NCBI RefSeq assembly: GCF_000015025.1
Contig: NC_008578.1
Location: 1,860,001-1,892,000 of the forward strand
Reading direction: 5' to 3'
Length of the DNA stretch: 32,000 bases
From: Acidothermus cellulolyticus 11B
Lineage (GTDB): Bacteria; Actinomycetota; Actinomycetes; Acidothermales; Acidothermaceae
Position 1 is the first letter of the stretch. Each line of letters starts with the position of its first letter. Under the pieces are notes generated by a model that was not told the origin of the DNA, did not search any database, and saw nothing but the letters and a program-made list of their open reading frames with translations. Both the position numbers and the translations under genes were made by a program. Positions 1 through 9,446 of the stretch are shown one piece after another.

Positions 1-995
1 AACAACGGCACGCCCTCCTCGGCGTGCCGTTCGCGACCGTCCGCAAGTTTGGTGACGACCAGGCCGGCACCCAGGCCGTGCTCCTGGCGTACTACGGCTT
101 CTTCGCACTCTTCCCACTCCTCCTGCTCCTGACGACGATCCTCGGCTGGCTCCTCCCCGGCCACCCTGGCCTGCAGAACCGCATCCTCAACTCAGCACTC
201 GCCAACTTTCCGATCATCGGCACCCAACTCCGCGGCGACGTGCATGCCCTCCGCGGCAACCTGCTGGCGGTGATCGTCGGTATCGCCGGTCTTCTCTACG
301 GAGCGCAGGGAGTCGGCCAAGCAGCCCAGAGCGCGATGAACACGGTCTGGAACGTTCCCTTCCGTGATCGACCGAACTTCTTTTCCCGCCGGTTACGGGG
401 GTACGCGTGGCTCGCCGTCCTGGGTCTTGCGACGCTGATTTCCACGGTCGTCGCCGGATTCGGCGCCCAAGTCTTCCCCGGGGCGCTCGGCTGGTTGTGG
501 AGCCAGTCCGTGCCGTTCGCCATCAACCTCGGCGTATTCACCGTGATCTTCCGGGTTCTCGTCGCGGCTCCGCTCCGGTGGCGGGACGTCAGAATCGGCG
601 TCCTCCTCGCCGCAGTCTTCTGGCAGGGCTTGCAGATCGGCGGCGGGTTCTACGTGAGCCGTACGTTGAACCACGCCAGCGACGTCTACGGCTTCTTTGC
701 CATCGTCATCGGCCTTCTCTCCTGGCTGTACCTCGCTGCCGAGCTCACCCTGTTCGCCGCTGAGGTCAACGTTGTGATCCGGGACCGGCTCTGGCCACGC
801 TCGCTGCTCCAACCTCCGCTCACACCCGCGGACCGCGTCGTGCTGGCCCGGCTGACCCGGATGGCGATCCGCCGGCCCGAGCTGGACGTCTCCGTACGCT
901 TCACCGACGACGCACCGGCGCTCACCAGGAATCCCGGCCCACCCGGGGATCCGGACTCAACCGGGGATCCCGGCTCAAGTCCGGGAGCCGGGTAG
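1..995 (+). CDS. YihY/BrkB (ribonuclease BN-like) family integral membrane protein; 5' end probably lies upstream of the window
   Basis: ORF 24..995, and the frame stays open back to base 3. The N-terminal signature FGDDQAGTQAVLLAYYGFFALFPLLLLL and multiple hydrophobic helices are typical of the YihY family. Only about 5 aa precede the conserved block, whereas family members usually have about 25. Pro/Gly-rich C-terminal tail. Confidence 0.75.
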   Translation, partial: QRHALLGVPFATVRKFGDDQAGTQAVLLAYYGFFALFPLLLLLTTILGWLLPGHPGLQNRILNSALANFPIIGTQLRGDVHALRGNLLAVIVGIAGLLYGAQGVGQAAQSAMNTVWNVPFRDRPNFFSRRLRGYAWLAVLGLATLISTVVAGFGAQVFPGALGWLWSQSVPFAINLGVFTVIFRVLVAAPLRWRDVRIGVLLAAVFWQGLQIGGGFYVSRTLNHASDVYGFFAIVIGLLSWLYLAAELTLFAAEVNVVIRDRLWPRSLLQPPLTPADRVVLARLTRMAIRRPELDVSVRFTDDAPALTRNPGPPGDPDSTGDPGSSPGAG

Positions 996-1034
996 TCGAA
1001 TCACAACAATGTAAGTTTCACGACTGTGATTCGA
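996..1034. promoter_or_regulatory. Perfect 10-bp inverted repeat (TCGAATCACA ... TGTGATTCGA) with a 19-nt AT-rich spacer
   Basis: Arms at 996-1005 and 1025-1034, read directly. It starts immediately after the yihY stop (TAG 993-995), and the right arm runs into the GAGGAG Shine-Dalgarno of the next ORF. Could be an operator or a stem-loop. Confidence 0.3.
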
Positions 1035-1043
1035 GGAGCTCCG

Positions 1044-1238
1044 ATGAACCGTGAGGCGACCGCGCACGTGCCCACGCCGGAACACCCGCTGTTGACCGCG
1101 CTGAGCCGGGGTCTGCCGATGACCCTGCTGGTCGATCTCGTCGATCCGAACGGTCCACGCTCCCGGGAGGTCTACGAGCGCGAAGGGACGGGCGACGGGC
1201 TGCGGCTCGCCGCCGCCCGATTCGCGGTCACCGCATGA
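1044..1238 (+). CDS. Small hypothetical protein (64 aa)
   Basis: ATG 1044 is preceded by GAGGAG (1033-1038) at 5-nt spacing. Third codon positions are strongly G/C-biased, as in neighbouring genes. The ORF track begins at GTG 1026, but the RBS favours 1044. No family recognised. Confidence 0.5.
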   Translation: MNREATAHVPTPEHPLLTALSRGLPMTLLVDLVDPNGPRSREVYEREGTGDGLRLAAARFAVTA

Positions 1239-1375
1239 CGCCCGAGCCCGACATCGCGGTGCCGGGTCCCCGGCCCGGCACCGGGAGCCCACTCCCCGGC
1301 TCGACGGCGAGGAGCCCACTCCCCCGGACGGTGCGCCCGATAACCGGCTGTCGAGGCTGGTACGCTCTTAGGCGC

Positions 1376-1448
1376 GCGCCGCTAGCTCAACTGGCAGAGC
1401 AGCGGACTCTTAATCCGCGGGTTCGGGGTTCGAGTCCCTGGCGGCGCA
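1376..1448 (+). tRNA. tRNA-Lys (anticodon CTT)
   Basis: Cloverleaf read by hand. Acceptor GCGCCGC/GCGGCGC plus discriminator A. D arm GCTC..GAGC. Anticodon stem GCGGA/TCCGC with loop CTCTTAA (CTT at 1409-1411). T arm CGGGG-TTCGAGT-CCCTG. No encoded CCA. Confidence 0.9.
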
Positions 1449-1520
1449 CGAGACGGGGACGTTGCGTAACGCACTGCCGCGACCGGTGACCCGAGCGTCT
1501 GAGGCGACACCGCGCCCCGG

Positions 1521-1548
1521 CCGCATCCGGCGTCGACATCGGATGCGG
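1521..1548 (+). terminator. 9-bp stem hairpin (CCGCATCCG-N10-CGGATGCGG) downstream of tRNA-Lys
   Basis: Perfect inverted repeat read directly. A second 7-bp stem follows at about 1555-1575. No U-tract, so this would be an I-shaped terminator at best. Confidence 0.3.
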
Positions 1549-1857
1549 GACAGGCCCGGCTGGCGGCGAGCCGGGGCGACCGGCACGAAACCGGCGTCCG
1601 TGCTGACGTCGATAAAAAGACTCGGGACGCCAACAAAAGGCTCGGGACCTCGGCGCACATTAATAACACGGCAATCAAGCGGCGCGTGCACGACATCCAA
1701 ACACAGCACCCTTCCAGCGCGACGGGCGGCTCCGCGGTTGCGCATTTGCTCAATAGCCGTCGTGTTTAGGTTCGCATCATTGCGCGCCGACCTGGACGCC
1801 GTCATTCACGAGTCCGGTTACGCACGCCCGGGCGTCCGATTAGCGCGCATCGCATCT

Positions 1858-1981
1858 TCGCCGAAAGAACTAATCCCCACCGAGTTGACGTCGCCCATTC
1901 TCGCGTCTTTCTCAGGGCGTCGCCGAAAACCAAATCCCCACCGAGTTGACGGCCCCGATCCTCTCGCCTTTTTCAGTTCGT
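1858..1981. repeat. Two tandem copies of a ~62-bp unit upstream of prpD
   Basis: The units start at 1858 and 1920 (TCGCCGAAA..AATCCCCACCGAGTTGACG..CTCGC..TTTCTCAG). The 19-nt core AATCCCCACCGAGTTGACG is identical at 1872-1890 and 1933-1951. Overall identity is roughly 75-80 percent by eye. Confidence 0.8.
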
Positions 1982-2253
1982 CAACGACGTCTGTCAATTC
2001 CGGGTCTTGACCCGCATTTTGCGACCGCCCACCGATTCAGCAGCATTCCGCTCCGCCTGGCATGACAGTCACTGCAGTGACAGACGGCCCGCCGACAAAA
2101 CAGCATCCTGCCGTGATCCGGCACCCTACGCGGCCGTGGTGCTGCGGCAAGCGCTGCTCGGCGGTTCCCTGGTGTGATACCGTCCGTTACGTCGCCGATC
2201 GTGCCGGCGTCACGCCCGATGACACCGCAGCGTTGGCCGCAAGGAGAGACGGC

Positions 2254-3753
2254 GTGTGGGAGTTCCGGACCCGAGTCCTGCGCCCGGGCGAACGAGCAGA
2301 TCGGGAACGCGAACTTGCGTGGCAGCTGGCCTTGCTTGCCGCGGACAATGTGCCGCTGGACGACAACGTCACCGCAATGCTCATCAACCGTGTCATTGAC
2401 AACACCGGGGTCGCAATCGCTGCGCTTGCCCGCCGTCCGGTCGTCAATGCCGCGGCACAGGCGGCCCGCCGGCCCGCCACGCCGGGAGCCAGCGTCTTCG
2501 GCGCGCCAACGCTGCGCAGCGCACCGGAATGGGCGGCCTGGGCCAACGGCGTCGCCGTCCGGGAACTTGATTTCCACGACACTTTCCTGGCCGCCGAATA
2601 CGCGCATCCGGCGGACAACATTCCCCCGCTTCTCGCGGTCGCCCAGCACTGCGGGCGCAGCGGTCTGGACGTGCTGCGCGCGCTGGCCACGGCGTACGAA
2701 GTACACGTCGATTTAGCAAAAGGCATATCGCTGCACGAACACGGGATCGACCACATCACGCATCTCGCCGCGTCGGTTGCCGCCGGCTTGGGAACGCTTC
2801 TCGCTCTGCCGCCCGACGTGACCTATCAAGGAATCCAGCAAGCCGTTCATACCACGACGACCACCCGTCAATCACGGAAAGGCACGATTTCCAGCTGGAA
2901 GGCCTATGCACCGGCGTTCGCCGGAATGATGGGAATTCTTGCCGTCGATCGGGCGATGCGCGGCGAAACCGCCCCCTCGCCTATTTATGAGGGCACCGGC
3001 GGCGTCATCGCAACGCTCCTCGGTGGACCGGAGGCGGAATACGTCGTCCCGCTCCCCTCACCCGGGGAGCCGAAACGAGCCATCCTCGAGACCTACACCA
3101 AGGAATACTCCGCCGAATACCACGCACAAGCGTGGATTGACCTGGCTCGGCGGCTGCGCGACCGCATCCCGGACCAGAGCGCAATACGCCGCGTTGTCAT
3201 CAAAACCAGCTCCCATACCCATCGGGTCATCGGCACAGGCTCGGGTGACCCGGAGAAATACGATCCGGACGCAAGCCGGGAAACCCTCGACCACTCCCTG
3301 ATGTACATTTTCGCGGTCGCCCTGCAAGACGGGACCTGGCACCACGAACGGTCGTACGCGCCGGAACGCGCACACCGCGCGGACACGATCCAGCTCTGGC
3401 GCTCCATCCAGACGGTCGAGGATCCTGTCTGGACAGCCCGCTACCACGACACCGACCCGGCCAAGCGCGCCTTCGGCGGCGACGTCCTCATCGAACTTGC
3501 CGACGGTACGACGATCCACGACAGCATCGACGTCGCCGATGCGCACCCGCGGGGTGCACGTCCTTTCGACCGAGCGCGTTACATCGAAAAATTCCGAACG
3601 CTCGCCACGCCGTTCGTCAGCGACGCGGACCAGGAGACGTTTCTGCGCGCGGCGGAGAATCTGGCGGAACTTCCCGCCGGTCGCTTGGCCGAACTGTTCC
3701 CAACGGTCACCAATGTGCCGGCCGTACCACCGGTATCCGGAGGCATCCTGTGA
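2254..3753 (+). CDS. prpD: 2-methylcitrate dehydratase (MmgE/PrpD family)
   Basis: PrpD-like sequence along the whole length. The ORF is open from 2062, but GTG 2254 is preceded by AAGGAGA (2241-2247) and gives 499 aa, a typical PrpD size. The stop overlaps the prpB start (GTGA). Confidence 0.88.
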   Translation: MWEFRTRVLRPGERADRERELAWQLALLAADNVPLDDNVTAMLINRVIDNTGVAIAALARRPVVNAAAQAARRPATPGASVFGAPTLRSAPEWAAWANGVAVRELDFHDTFLAAEYAHPADNIPPLLAVAQHCGRSGLDVLRALATAYEVHVDLAKGISLHEHGIDHITHLAASVAAGLGTLLALPPDVTYQGIQQAVHTTTTTRQSRKGTISSWKAYAPAFAGMMGILAVDRAMRGETAPSPIYEGTGGVIATLLGGPEAEYVVPLPSPGEPKRAILETYTKEYSAEYHAQAWIDLARRLRDRIPDQSAIRRVVIKTSSHTHRVIGTGSGDPEKYDPDASRETLDHSLMYIFAVALQDGTWHHERSYAPERAHRADTIQLWRSIQTVEDPVWTARYHDTDPAKRAFGGDVLIELADGTTIHDSIDVADAHPRGARPFDRARYIEKFRTLATPFVSDADQETFLRAAENLAELPAGRLAELFPTVTNVPAVPPVSGGIL

Positions 3754-4670
3754 CACCGACGTCCGCGGCCGCCGATTTCCGGGCGAAGCTCACGAGCGGC
3801 CGCTTGCTCCGATTCCCCGGCGCCATCAATCCGCTGTCCGCGGTCCTCATTGAGGAGCTGCGATTTGACGGGGTGTACGTCTCAGGCGCCGTCGTCGCTG
3901 CGGATTTGGCCCTGCCGGACATCGGCCTGACGACGCTGACCGAAGTCGTGAATCGAGCCGAGCAGATCGCCCGGGTGACACGCCTCCCGGTGCTCGTTGA
4001 CGCCGACACCGGTTTCGGCGGTCCGGTGAACATCGCCCGGACCGTCCAGCTGCTCACCCGCGCGGGTGTCGCCGGTTGTCACATCGAAGACCAGCAACAC
4101 CCGAAACGCTGCGGCCACCTGGAGGGCAAGACACTTGTCACCGTAACGGAAATGCTCCAGCGCATCCGCGCGGCCGTGACCGCGCGTCCCGACCCCGACT
4201 TCGTCATTTGTGCGCGCACCGATGCCCGCACCGTCGAGGGGCTCGATGCCGCGATCGATCGGGCGAAGGCATATGTTGACGCGGGAGCCGACCTCATCTT
4301 CGCGGAAGCCCTCGCGGACGAAGCGGAAATCGCCCGGTTTCGGGCGGCGGTCGACGCGCCGCTTCTCATCAACATGACGGAATTCGGCCGCACCACCCTG
4401 CTCCCCGCCTCCACTCTGGCCACTCTTGGTGTCAATGTCGTCATCTACCCGGTGACACTCTTCCGGGTCGCGATGGGAGCCGTGGAACGCGCGCTCGCCA
4501 CGATCGCGGCGGAAGGAACGCAGATGTCGTTGCTGGAGGGCATGCAGACCCGGCAGCGGCTGTACGAATTGGTCCGTTACCGCGACTATGCCGCTTTTGA
4601 CGCCGACATTTACACGTTTACGACGCCAACCACCACCCCGACGGCGGAGAGCGATTCCGATGACCAGTGA
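3750..4670 (+). CDS. prpB: 2-methylisocitrate lyase (PEP mutase/isocitrate lyase superfamily)
   Basis: Motifs [22 protein letters not shown] and the KRCGHLEGK active-site loop. There is a 4-nt GTGA overlap with prpD. Thr/Pro/Asp-rich C-terminal tail. Confidence 0.9.
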   Translation: MTPTSAAADFRAKLTSGRLLRFPGAINPLSAVLIEELRFDGVYVSGAVVAADLALPDIGLTTLTEVVNRAEQIARVTRLPVLVDADTGFGGPVNIARTVQLLTRAGVAGCHIEDQQHPKRCGHLEGKTLVTVTEMLQRIRAAVTARPDPDFVICARTDARTVEGLDAAIDRAKAYVDAGADLIFAEALADEAEIARFRAAVDAPLLINMTEFGRTTLLPASTLATLGVNVVIYPVTLFRVAMGAVERALATIAAEGTQMSLLEGMQTRQRLYELVRYRDYAAFDADIYTFTTPTTTPTAESDSDDQ

Positions 4671-5781
4671 GCAAAGCCCAACGGTCCACAAGGGACTGGT
4701 CGGCGTTTACGCCGACACGACCGCTGTTTCCACCATTGATGAGCCGACCAACACCCTCATCTACCGGGGATATCCGGCCGCTCAACTGGCGGAGCGCTAC
4801 AGCATCGAGCACATCGCCTACCTGCTCTGGTACGGCGACCTGCCGACCGCCGCCGAATTCGATGCCTTCACCAGCCGCATTCGCGCCGCCTACCGGCTCG
4901 ATCCCGCCGTGGCGGACTGGCTGGCTACGACGCGGCCCGACACACATCCGATGGACCTTCTGCGCACCGCGGTGAGCATCCTCGGCGCCACCGATTCGAG
5001 CACGCCACAGCTGGACCGCGACACCACCCTTGCGCAGGCAACCCGGCTTCTCGCCCAGATGCCCGCCGTCGTCGCGGCCATTCAACGGCACCGCCACGCC
5101 CAGCCGCCGATTCCAGCCGACCCCGGCCTGGGAATCGCGGAGAACTTCTTTCACATGTGCTTTGACGACATACCGTCCGAACCCATGGTCCGGGCTTTTG
5201 AAACCTCACTCATCTTGTATGCGGAGCACGGGTTCAACGCCTCGACCTTCACCGCCCGGGTCGTCACCTCGACACTCGCCGACCTGTACAGCGCAATTAC
5301 GGCCGCGATCGGCGCCCTGAAAGGCCCCCTTCACGGCGGCGCGAATGAGGCGGTGATGTACATGCTCCAACAGATTGACAGCCCCGAAGCGGCAGCCGAT
5401 TGGGTGCGCCGGGCGCTGGAGCGCAAGGAACGCATCATGGGCTTCGGTCACCGCGTGTACAAGCACGGTGACTCGCGTGTTCCCGCAATGGAAAAGGCGC
5501 TCAAAACGGTGGTGGCCGAACGCGGCGCCACGGACCTTCTCGCCCGATACCACGCCGTCCAAGACGCCGTGTACCAGGCCAAACAGCTGCTTCCCAACCT
5601 CGATTTCCCGGCCGGCCCGGCCTACTATCTCATGGGCTTTGACATCCCGATTTTCACGCCGATTTTCGCCATGGCCCGCGTCACCGGCTGGGTCGCCCAT
5701 GTGCTCGAACAACGCGCCGACAACGCCCTGATCCGCCCCCTTGCCGTCTACACCGGGCCAACGTCCCGACCCCTCCCCTAA
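4660..5781 (+). CDS. prpC: 2-methylcitrate synthase (citrate synthase family)
   Basis: Citrate-synthase motifs (GPLHGGANE, GFGHRVYK, the PNLDF..G region). ATG 4660 gives 373 aa and overlaps the prpB end by 11 nt. The ORF-track start at 4588 lies inside prpB. Confidence 0.9.
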   Translation: MTSEQSPTVHKGLVGVYADTTAVSTIDEPTNTLIYRGYPAAQLAERYSIEHIAYLLWYGDLPTAAEFDAFTSRIRAAYRLDPAVADWLATTRPDTHPMDLLRTAVSILGATDSSTPQLDRDTTLAQATRLLAQMPAVVAAIQRHRHAQPPIPADPGLGIAENFFHMCFDDIPSEPMVRAFETSLILYAEHGFNASTFTARVVTSTLADLYSAITAAIGALKGPLHGGANEAVMYMLQQIDSPEAAADWVRRALERKERIMGFGHRVYKHGDSRVPAMEKALKTVVAERGATDLLARYHAVQDAVYQAKQLLPNLDFPAGPAYYLMGFDIPIFTPIFAMARVTGWVAHVLEQRADNALIRPLAVYTGPTSRPLP

Positions 5782-5794
5782 CCGGTCGCTCTCG

Positions 5795-6037
5795 CCCCCG
5801 CTCCCGGGGCCCGGGACACCGCGGTCCACGGGAATACGACTCCGCCGCCTCGCATCCCCCGCTCCCCGGGGCTCGGCCGCATTCGCGGTCGGGCAGCCGT
5901 CTGCATTCCCAACCGCGCGGCGGCTCCGGACACGCCACTCCGCGGCGCCCCGGCGGCTCTGGACACGCCAGCGGCGCCTCCCGCGACGCCTCGCCGGCTC
6001 CACGGGACACGCCAGCGACGCCTCCCGCGACGCCTCC
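5795..6037. repeat. Complex imperfect tandem repeats in the prpC-GH3 intergenic region
   Basis: CCCCCGCTCC(C)CGGGGC occurs at 5795 and 5856 (period 61). GGCGGCTCYGGACACGCCA occurs at 5919 and 5952, with a variant at 5994. GGACACGCCAGCG(G/A)CGCCTCCCGCGACGCCTC occurs at 5961-5992 and 6005-6036 (32 nt, 1 mismatch, period 44). Confidence 0.75.
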
Positions 6038-6240
6038 AGCGGCTGCATTCGCGAGCGCCGGCGACAGCGCGGATCACCCGCCGACACGTGCAACCGGCTG
6101 GACGACATTCCCAGTCGGCCGCCCAACCCACCGGCCGGCCGAGTAGGTAGGGAACCATCGAGTGATCATAAGAGTCATTTGCAGCGGCAGTACGTACCAG
6201 TTTCACCTCACACCACCGGCGGGACACGGCAGGAGCGGCG

Positions 6241-8934
6241 ATGCGCAGACGGGTGCGGTGGGTGCTTCTCGGCACATTTCTCTTGGTGCTCCTTGCCGCA
6301 GCGGTGCCCGCGGAGCGTCCCCACCGCTCCACGCCGATGGCGATCGGCCGGCAGCCGGCGGTCCGCGTCGCGCCGTCTCGGCTCGTGCGGGCCACCACCC
6401 GGGCGGTCGCGGCAGCCGGGCAGCGGACGCCGGACCCCCTCGCCCGCTGCCCGTGGCTTGCCGCAGCGATCCGGGCCGGCGCCGGCCCCGACCAACTCGC
6501 CGGCCTCGTCCTGGCGCGCATGACCCTGACTGAAAAGATTGGTGAAATTGTCTTGCGGCCGGCGAATGGTTTTGAAAATACCAATGCCGGCGTACCGCGG
6601 CTGTGCATTCCACCGCTCACGCTGCAAGACGGCCCGGCCGGTCTGGGTTTCGGCGATACCGGTGTCACCCAATTACCGGCCCCCATCGCGCTCGCTGCAA
6701 CGTTCGACCCGTCCCTTGCCTGGAAATACGGTCAGGTGCAAGGCGCCGAAGCGCACGCCCAAGGCATTGACGTCGTCCAAGGACCCGACCTCAACCTCGC
6801 GCGCGTACCAGAGAACGGGCGTATTTTCGAGGCGTACGGTGAGGATCCGCTCCTTACCGCCGCGATGGGCACGGCCGATATCCAAGGCATCCAGAGCCAA
6901 GGTGTGCTTGCCGAAGCCAAGCATCTCGTCGCGTACAACCAGGAGACCGACCGTAACCTGGTCAACGTCGTGGTCTCACCGCGGGCATTGCAGGAATTGT
7001 ATTTTCGGCCTTTCGCCGCGGCTGTCACCTCCGGACATGTCGGCGCCATGATGTGCGCCTATCCGAAGCTCAACGGCGTCTACCAATGCGAAGACCCGGC
7101 CTTGGCCGCCCAACTGGCCGCGTGGGGCTTCACCGGACTGCTGCGCACCGATTACGCCGCGGCACCCGATCCGGTCGCCGCACTCAAAGCGGGGGTTGAC
7201 CTCGTGAAACCGGCCGACCCCGGGGCTCTCCTCGCGGCTGTCCAGTCCGGCCGTCTCCCCATGGCCGCTGTGAACCGAGCGGTCCACGATATTCTCGTCG
7301 TCGCCTTCCGCTACCACCTCGTCGAAAATCCGCCGGCCGGTCGGCCGAACACTCCTGTCGCCTCGCCAAGCCACGAAAATGTCGCGCTGACGGTTGCGGA
7401 GCACGCGATTGTGTTGCTGAAGAATTCCGGCGGCCTCCTCCCCCTGGACGCCGGCGCGGATGCTCCCATCGCAGTCATCGGATCGGACGCCGCCGCTCCT
7501 GTCACCGGAGGCGGTGGCAGCTCGGCTGTGCTCCCACCGTTCGTCTCCTCCCCGCTCGACGCGATCCAAGCCAGAGTCTCCAATCCGGGAGACGTCACAT
7601 TCGCCGACGGTGCCACCTCTCCGGCGCCGCTGCCGCCGATTCCGTCGTCCGCTCTCACCGCGGATTCCCGGAATACACCGGGTCTCACCTTGACGCTCAG
7701 CGATTCGTCGTCCGCGGGACGGCACACCGTCGTTCTTCCGACACCGGTCGTGCGCATCGTCCTCGGCGCAGCGCCGCGCAACCGATACACCATCACCGGG
7801 TCCACCGTCCGAACCATTGCCATTCCGGCGAATGCCGGCGTCACCAGTGCAGTTTTCAGCGGAACACTGACCGCACCGACGGACGGCCTGTACGACTTCT
7901 CCCTGTCATGCACCGGATCCGCCACCATGACGCTTGACGACCACGTCGTTCCGTTGGGAGTACTGGACGGAGAAGGCGGTACCCGGACTGCTGCGCTGTC
8001 GCTGCACGCCGGTCACCGGTATCGCCTGGCCATCCACTGGCAGCCGTTCGGAGTGACATCACCCGCGCACGCCCTCTACGACCGGGCGTTTTTCGCCCTG
8101 GGATGGAAGGACACGACGCCGGCAATCGATGCTGCTGTCGCCCTGGCACAACGGGCCCGAACCGTCGTCATCTTTGCCGCGGACCGCACGGGCGAGGGTT
8201 TCGACCGGGGCGACCTCAACCTCCCCGGCGACCAGAACGCGCTCATTTCGGCGGTCGCCGATGTCAACCCGCGCACGATCGTCGTCCTCAATACCGCTGG
8301 CCCGGTTGCCATGCCGTGGCTGTCAAAGGTCGGCGCCGTCGTCGAAGCGTGGTATCCCGGTGAAGCAGCAGGACAAGCAATTGCGGCGGTTCTCTTCGGC
8401 GACATCGACCCCTCCGGGCATCTGCCGGTCACGTTCCCCACCGACACCGCACAGCTCGGTATCACCACGGCTCAACAGTGGCCGGGAACACAGCTCACTG
8501 TTCGATACTCGGAAGGTCTACAGGTGGGGTACCGGTACCTCAACGCCCATCAGCTGAAGCCACTTTTCCCCTTCGGCTACGGCCTCTCGTACACCACGTT
8601 CGCCATGAACGATATGCGGGTCGCGCCGGTTGCGGGCGGTTATCGGGTGACGCTGACCATCACGAACACGGGCTCGCGTGCCGGCACCGCGACCCCGCAG
8701 CTGTATCTGACGTTTCCGGCCGCGGCCGGTGAACCGCCGGAGCAACTGGCGGGGTTCGGACAGGTCACGCTGGCGCCCGGGGAATCGGGTTCAGTCACCA
8801 TCACCGTGCCCCGCAATGTTTTCAGCAGTTACTGGAATGGACGGTGGACGACCTGGCCCGGAGGGTACCGGCTGGCGGCCGGTTGGTCGGTGACGGATTT
8901 GCCCATCGCGGCAACCGTTCCGGCGCCGAGCTGA
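6241..8934 (+). CDS. Secreted glycoside hydrolase family 3 beta-glucosidase with inserted PA14 domain and C-terminal Fn3-like domain
   Basis: N-terminal signal peptide (MRRRVRWVLLGTFLLVLLAAAVPA). GH3 motifs are RMTLTEKIGE, KHLVAYNQE and GFTGLLRTDY (nucleophile Asp region). PA14-like segment FSGTLTAPTDGLYDFSLSCTGSATMTLDD. C-terminal motif FGYGLSYTTF. RBS GGCAGGAG lies before ATG 6241. Confidence 0.88.
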   Translation: MRRRVRWVLLGTFLLVLLAAAVPAERPHRSTPMAIGRQPAVRVAPSRLVRATTRAVAAAGQRTPDPLARCPWLAAAIRAGAGPDQLAGLVLARMTLTEKIGEIVLRPANGFENTNAGVPRLCIPPLTLQDGPAGLGFGDTGVTQLPAPIALAATFDPSLAWKYGQVQGAEAHAQGIDVVQGPDLNLARVPENGRIFEAYGEDPLLTAAMGTADIQGIQSQGVLAEAKHLVAYNQETDRNLVNVVVSPRALQELYFRPFAAAVTSGHVGAMMCAYPKLNGVYQCEDPALAAQLAAWGFTGLLRTDYAAAPDPVAALKAGVDLVKPADPGALLAAVQSGRLPMAAVNRAVHDILVVAFRYHLVENPPAGRPNTPVASPSHENVALTVAEHAIVLLKNSGGLLPLDAGADAPIAVIGSDAAAPVTGGGGSSAVLPPFVSSPLDAIQARVSNPGDVTFADGATSPAPLPPIPSSALTADSRNTPGLTLTLSDSSSAGRHTVVLPTPVVRIVLGAAPRNRYTITGSTVRTIAIPANAGVTSAVFSGTLTAPTDGLYDFSLSCTGSATMTLDDHVVPLGVLDGEGGTRTAALSLHAGHRYRLAIHWQPFGVTSPAHALYDRAFFALGWKDTTPAIDAAVALAQRARTVVIFAADRTGEGFDRGDLNLPGDQNALISAVADVNPRTIVVLNTAGPVAMPWLSKVGAVVEAWYPGEAAGQAIAAVLFGDIDPSGHLPVTFPTDTAQLGITTAQQWPGTQLTVRYSEGLQVGYRYLNAHQLKPLFPFGYGLSYTTFAMNDMRVAPVAGGYRVTLTITNTGSRAGTATPQLYLTFPAAAGEPPEQLAGFGQVTLAPGESGSVTITVPRNVFSSYWNGRWTTWPGGYRLAAGWSVTDLPIAATVPAPS

Positions 8935-8944
8935 CGCCGGAACG
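8916..8944. terminator. Bidirectional hairpin shared by convergent GH3 and paaI genes
   Basis: Perfect 10-bp stem CGTTCCGGCG (8916-8925) / CGCCGGAACG (8935-8944). The 9-nt loop contains the GH3 stop codon (TGA 8932-8934). The paaI stop is at 8946-8948. Confidence 0.45.
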
Positions 8945-8945
8945 A

Positions 8946-9446
8946 CTAGCCGTCGAGGAGCTCACGATCCATCAACCGGCTGCGGCCGCGAAATTCGGCG
9001 ATGCAGCGGCCGTCCGTGCCCCGGACCGTCACGTCGTACAGACCCGATCGGCCGTACCGAATGCGTTCCACCGCCTCGGCCGTCAAGGTTTCGCCGGCAA
9101 CCGCCGGCTGAACGAACGTAATGTCGGCACCAGCGGCGACGGCGACCCGGCCGTAAGAATTGCACGCAAAGGCGAACGCCGTGTCAGCCAGGGCAAATAC
9201 GAAGCCACCGTGACAGACACCGTGGCCATTCACCATGTCGTCGCGGACCGTCATCGTGGCGACAGCCCGGCCGGGAGCGATCTCCACGATGGAAATCCCT
9301 AACCGCTGACTGGCGGCATCAGCCCGGTACATCACCTCGGCGCAGCGCCGGGCGCGCTCTTCCGCATTCTGCGGATCACCGGCCGGTGGATAGTCGCTCG
9401 CAGCATCCGGCGTACGGTCCGTCGCGTCATCCGCCGCCATGGCCAC
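8946..9446 (-). CDS. paaI: PaaI-family (hotdog fold) acyl-CoA thioesterase
   Basis: The motif NGHGVCHGGFVFALADTAFAFACNS is typical of PaaI/hydroxyphenylacetyl-CoA thioesterases, and 166 aa is the right size. The start is GTG 9446 or ATG 9440. Confidence 0.8.
   Translation of the reverse strand: MAMAADDATDRTPDAASDYPPAGDPQNAEERARRCAEVMYRADAASQRLGISIVEIAPGRAVATMTVRDDMVNGHGVCHGGFVFALADTAFAFACNSYGRVAVAAGADITFVQPAVAGETLTAEAVERIRYGRSGLYDVTVRGTDGRCIAEFRGRSRLMDRELLDG

Noticed and set aside
4-31. Perfect 11-bp inverted repeat AACGGCACGCC-N6-GGCGTGCCGTT at the very start of the window
   Set aside because: The yihY reading frame is open through it and the family normally has more N-terminal residues, so it most likely lies inside coding sequence. 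The window edge prevents judging it as a terminator of an upstream gene.
1376-1448. tRNA-Lys as an integration site for a genomic island
   Set aside because: I could not find a direct repeat of the tRNA 3' end anywhere else in the window, and there is no integrase gene nearby. The adjacent non-coding stretch may be a scar, but that cannot be shown from this window.
1462-2010. ORFs of 120-180 aa on both strands between tRNA-Lys and prpD (1462..2010 +, 1382..1753 -, 1410..1805 -)
   Set aside because: Their translations are Arg/Pro/Ser-rich and low-complexity. They overlap the tRNA or each other, have no RBS, and show no coding-like third-position bias in the AT-richer part. They are typical high-GC spurious ORFs.
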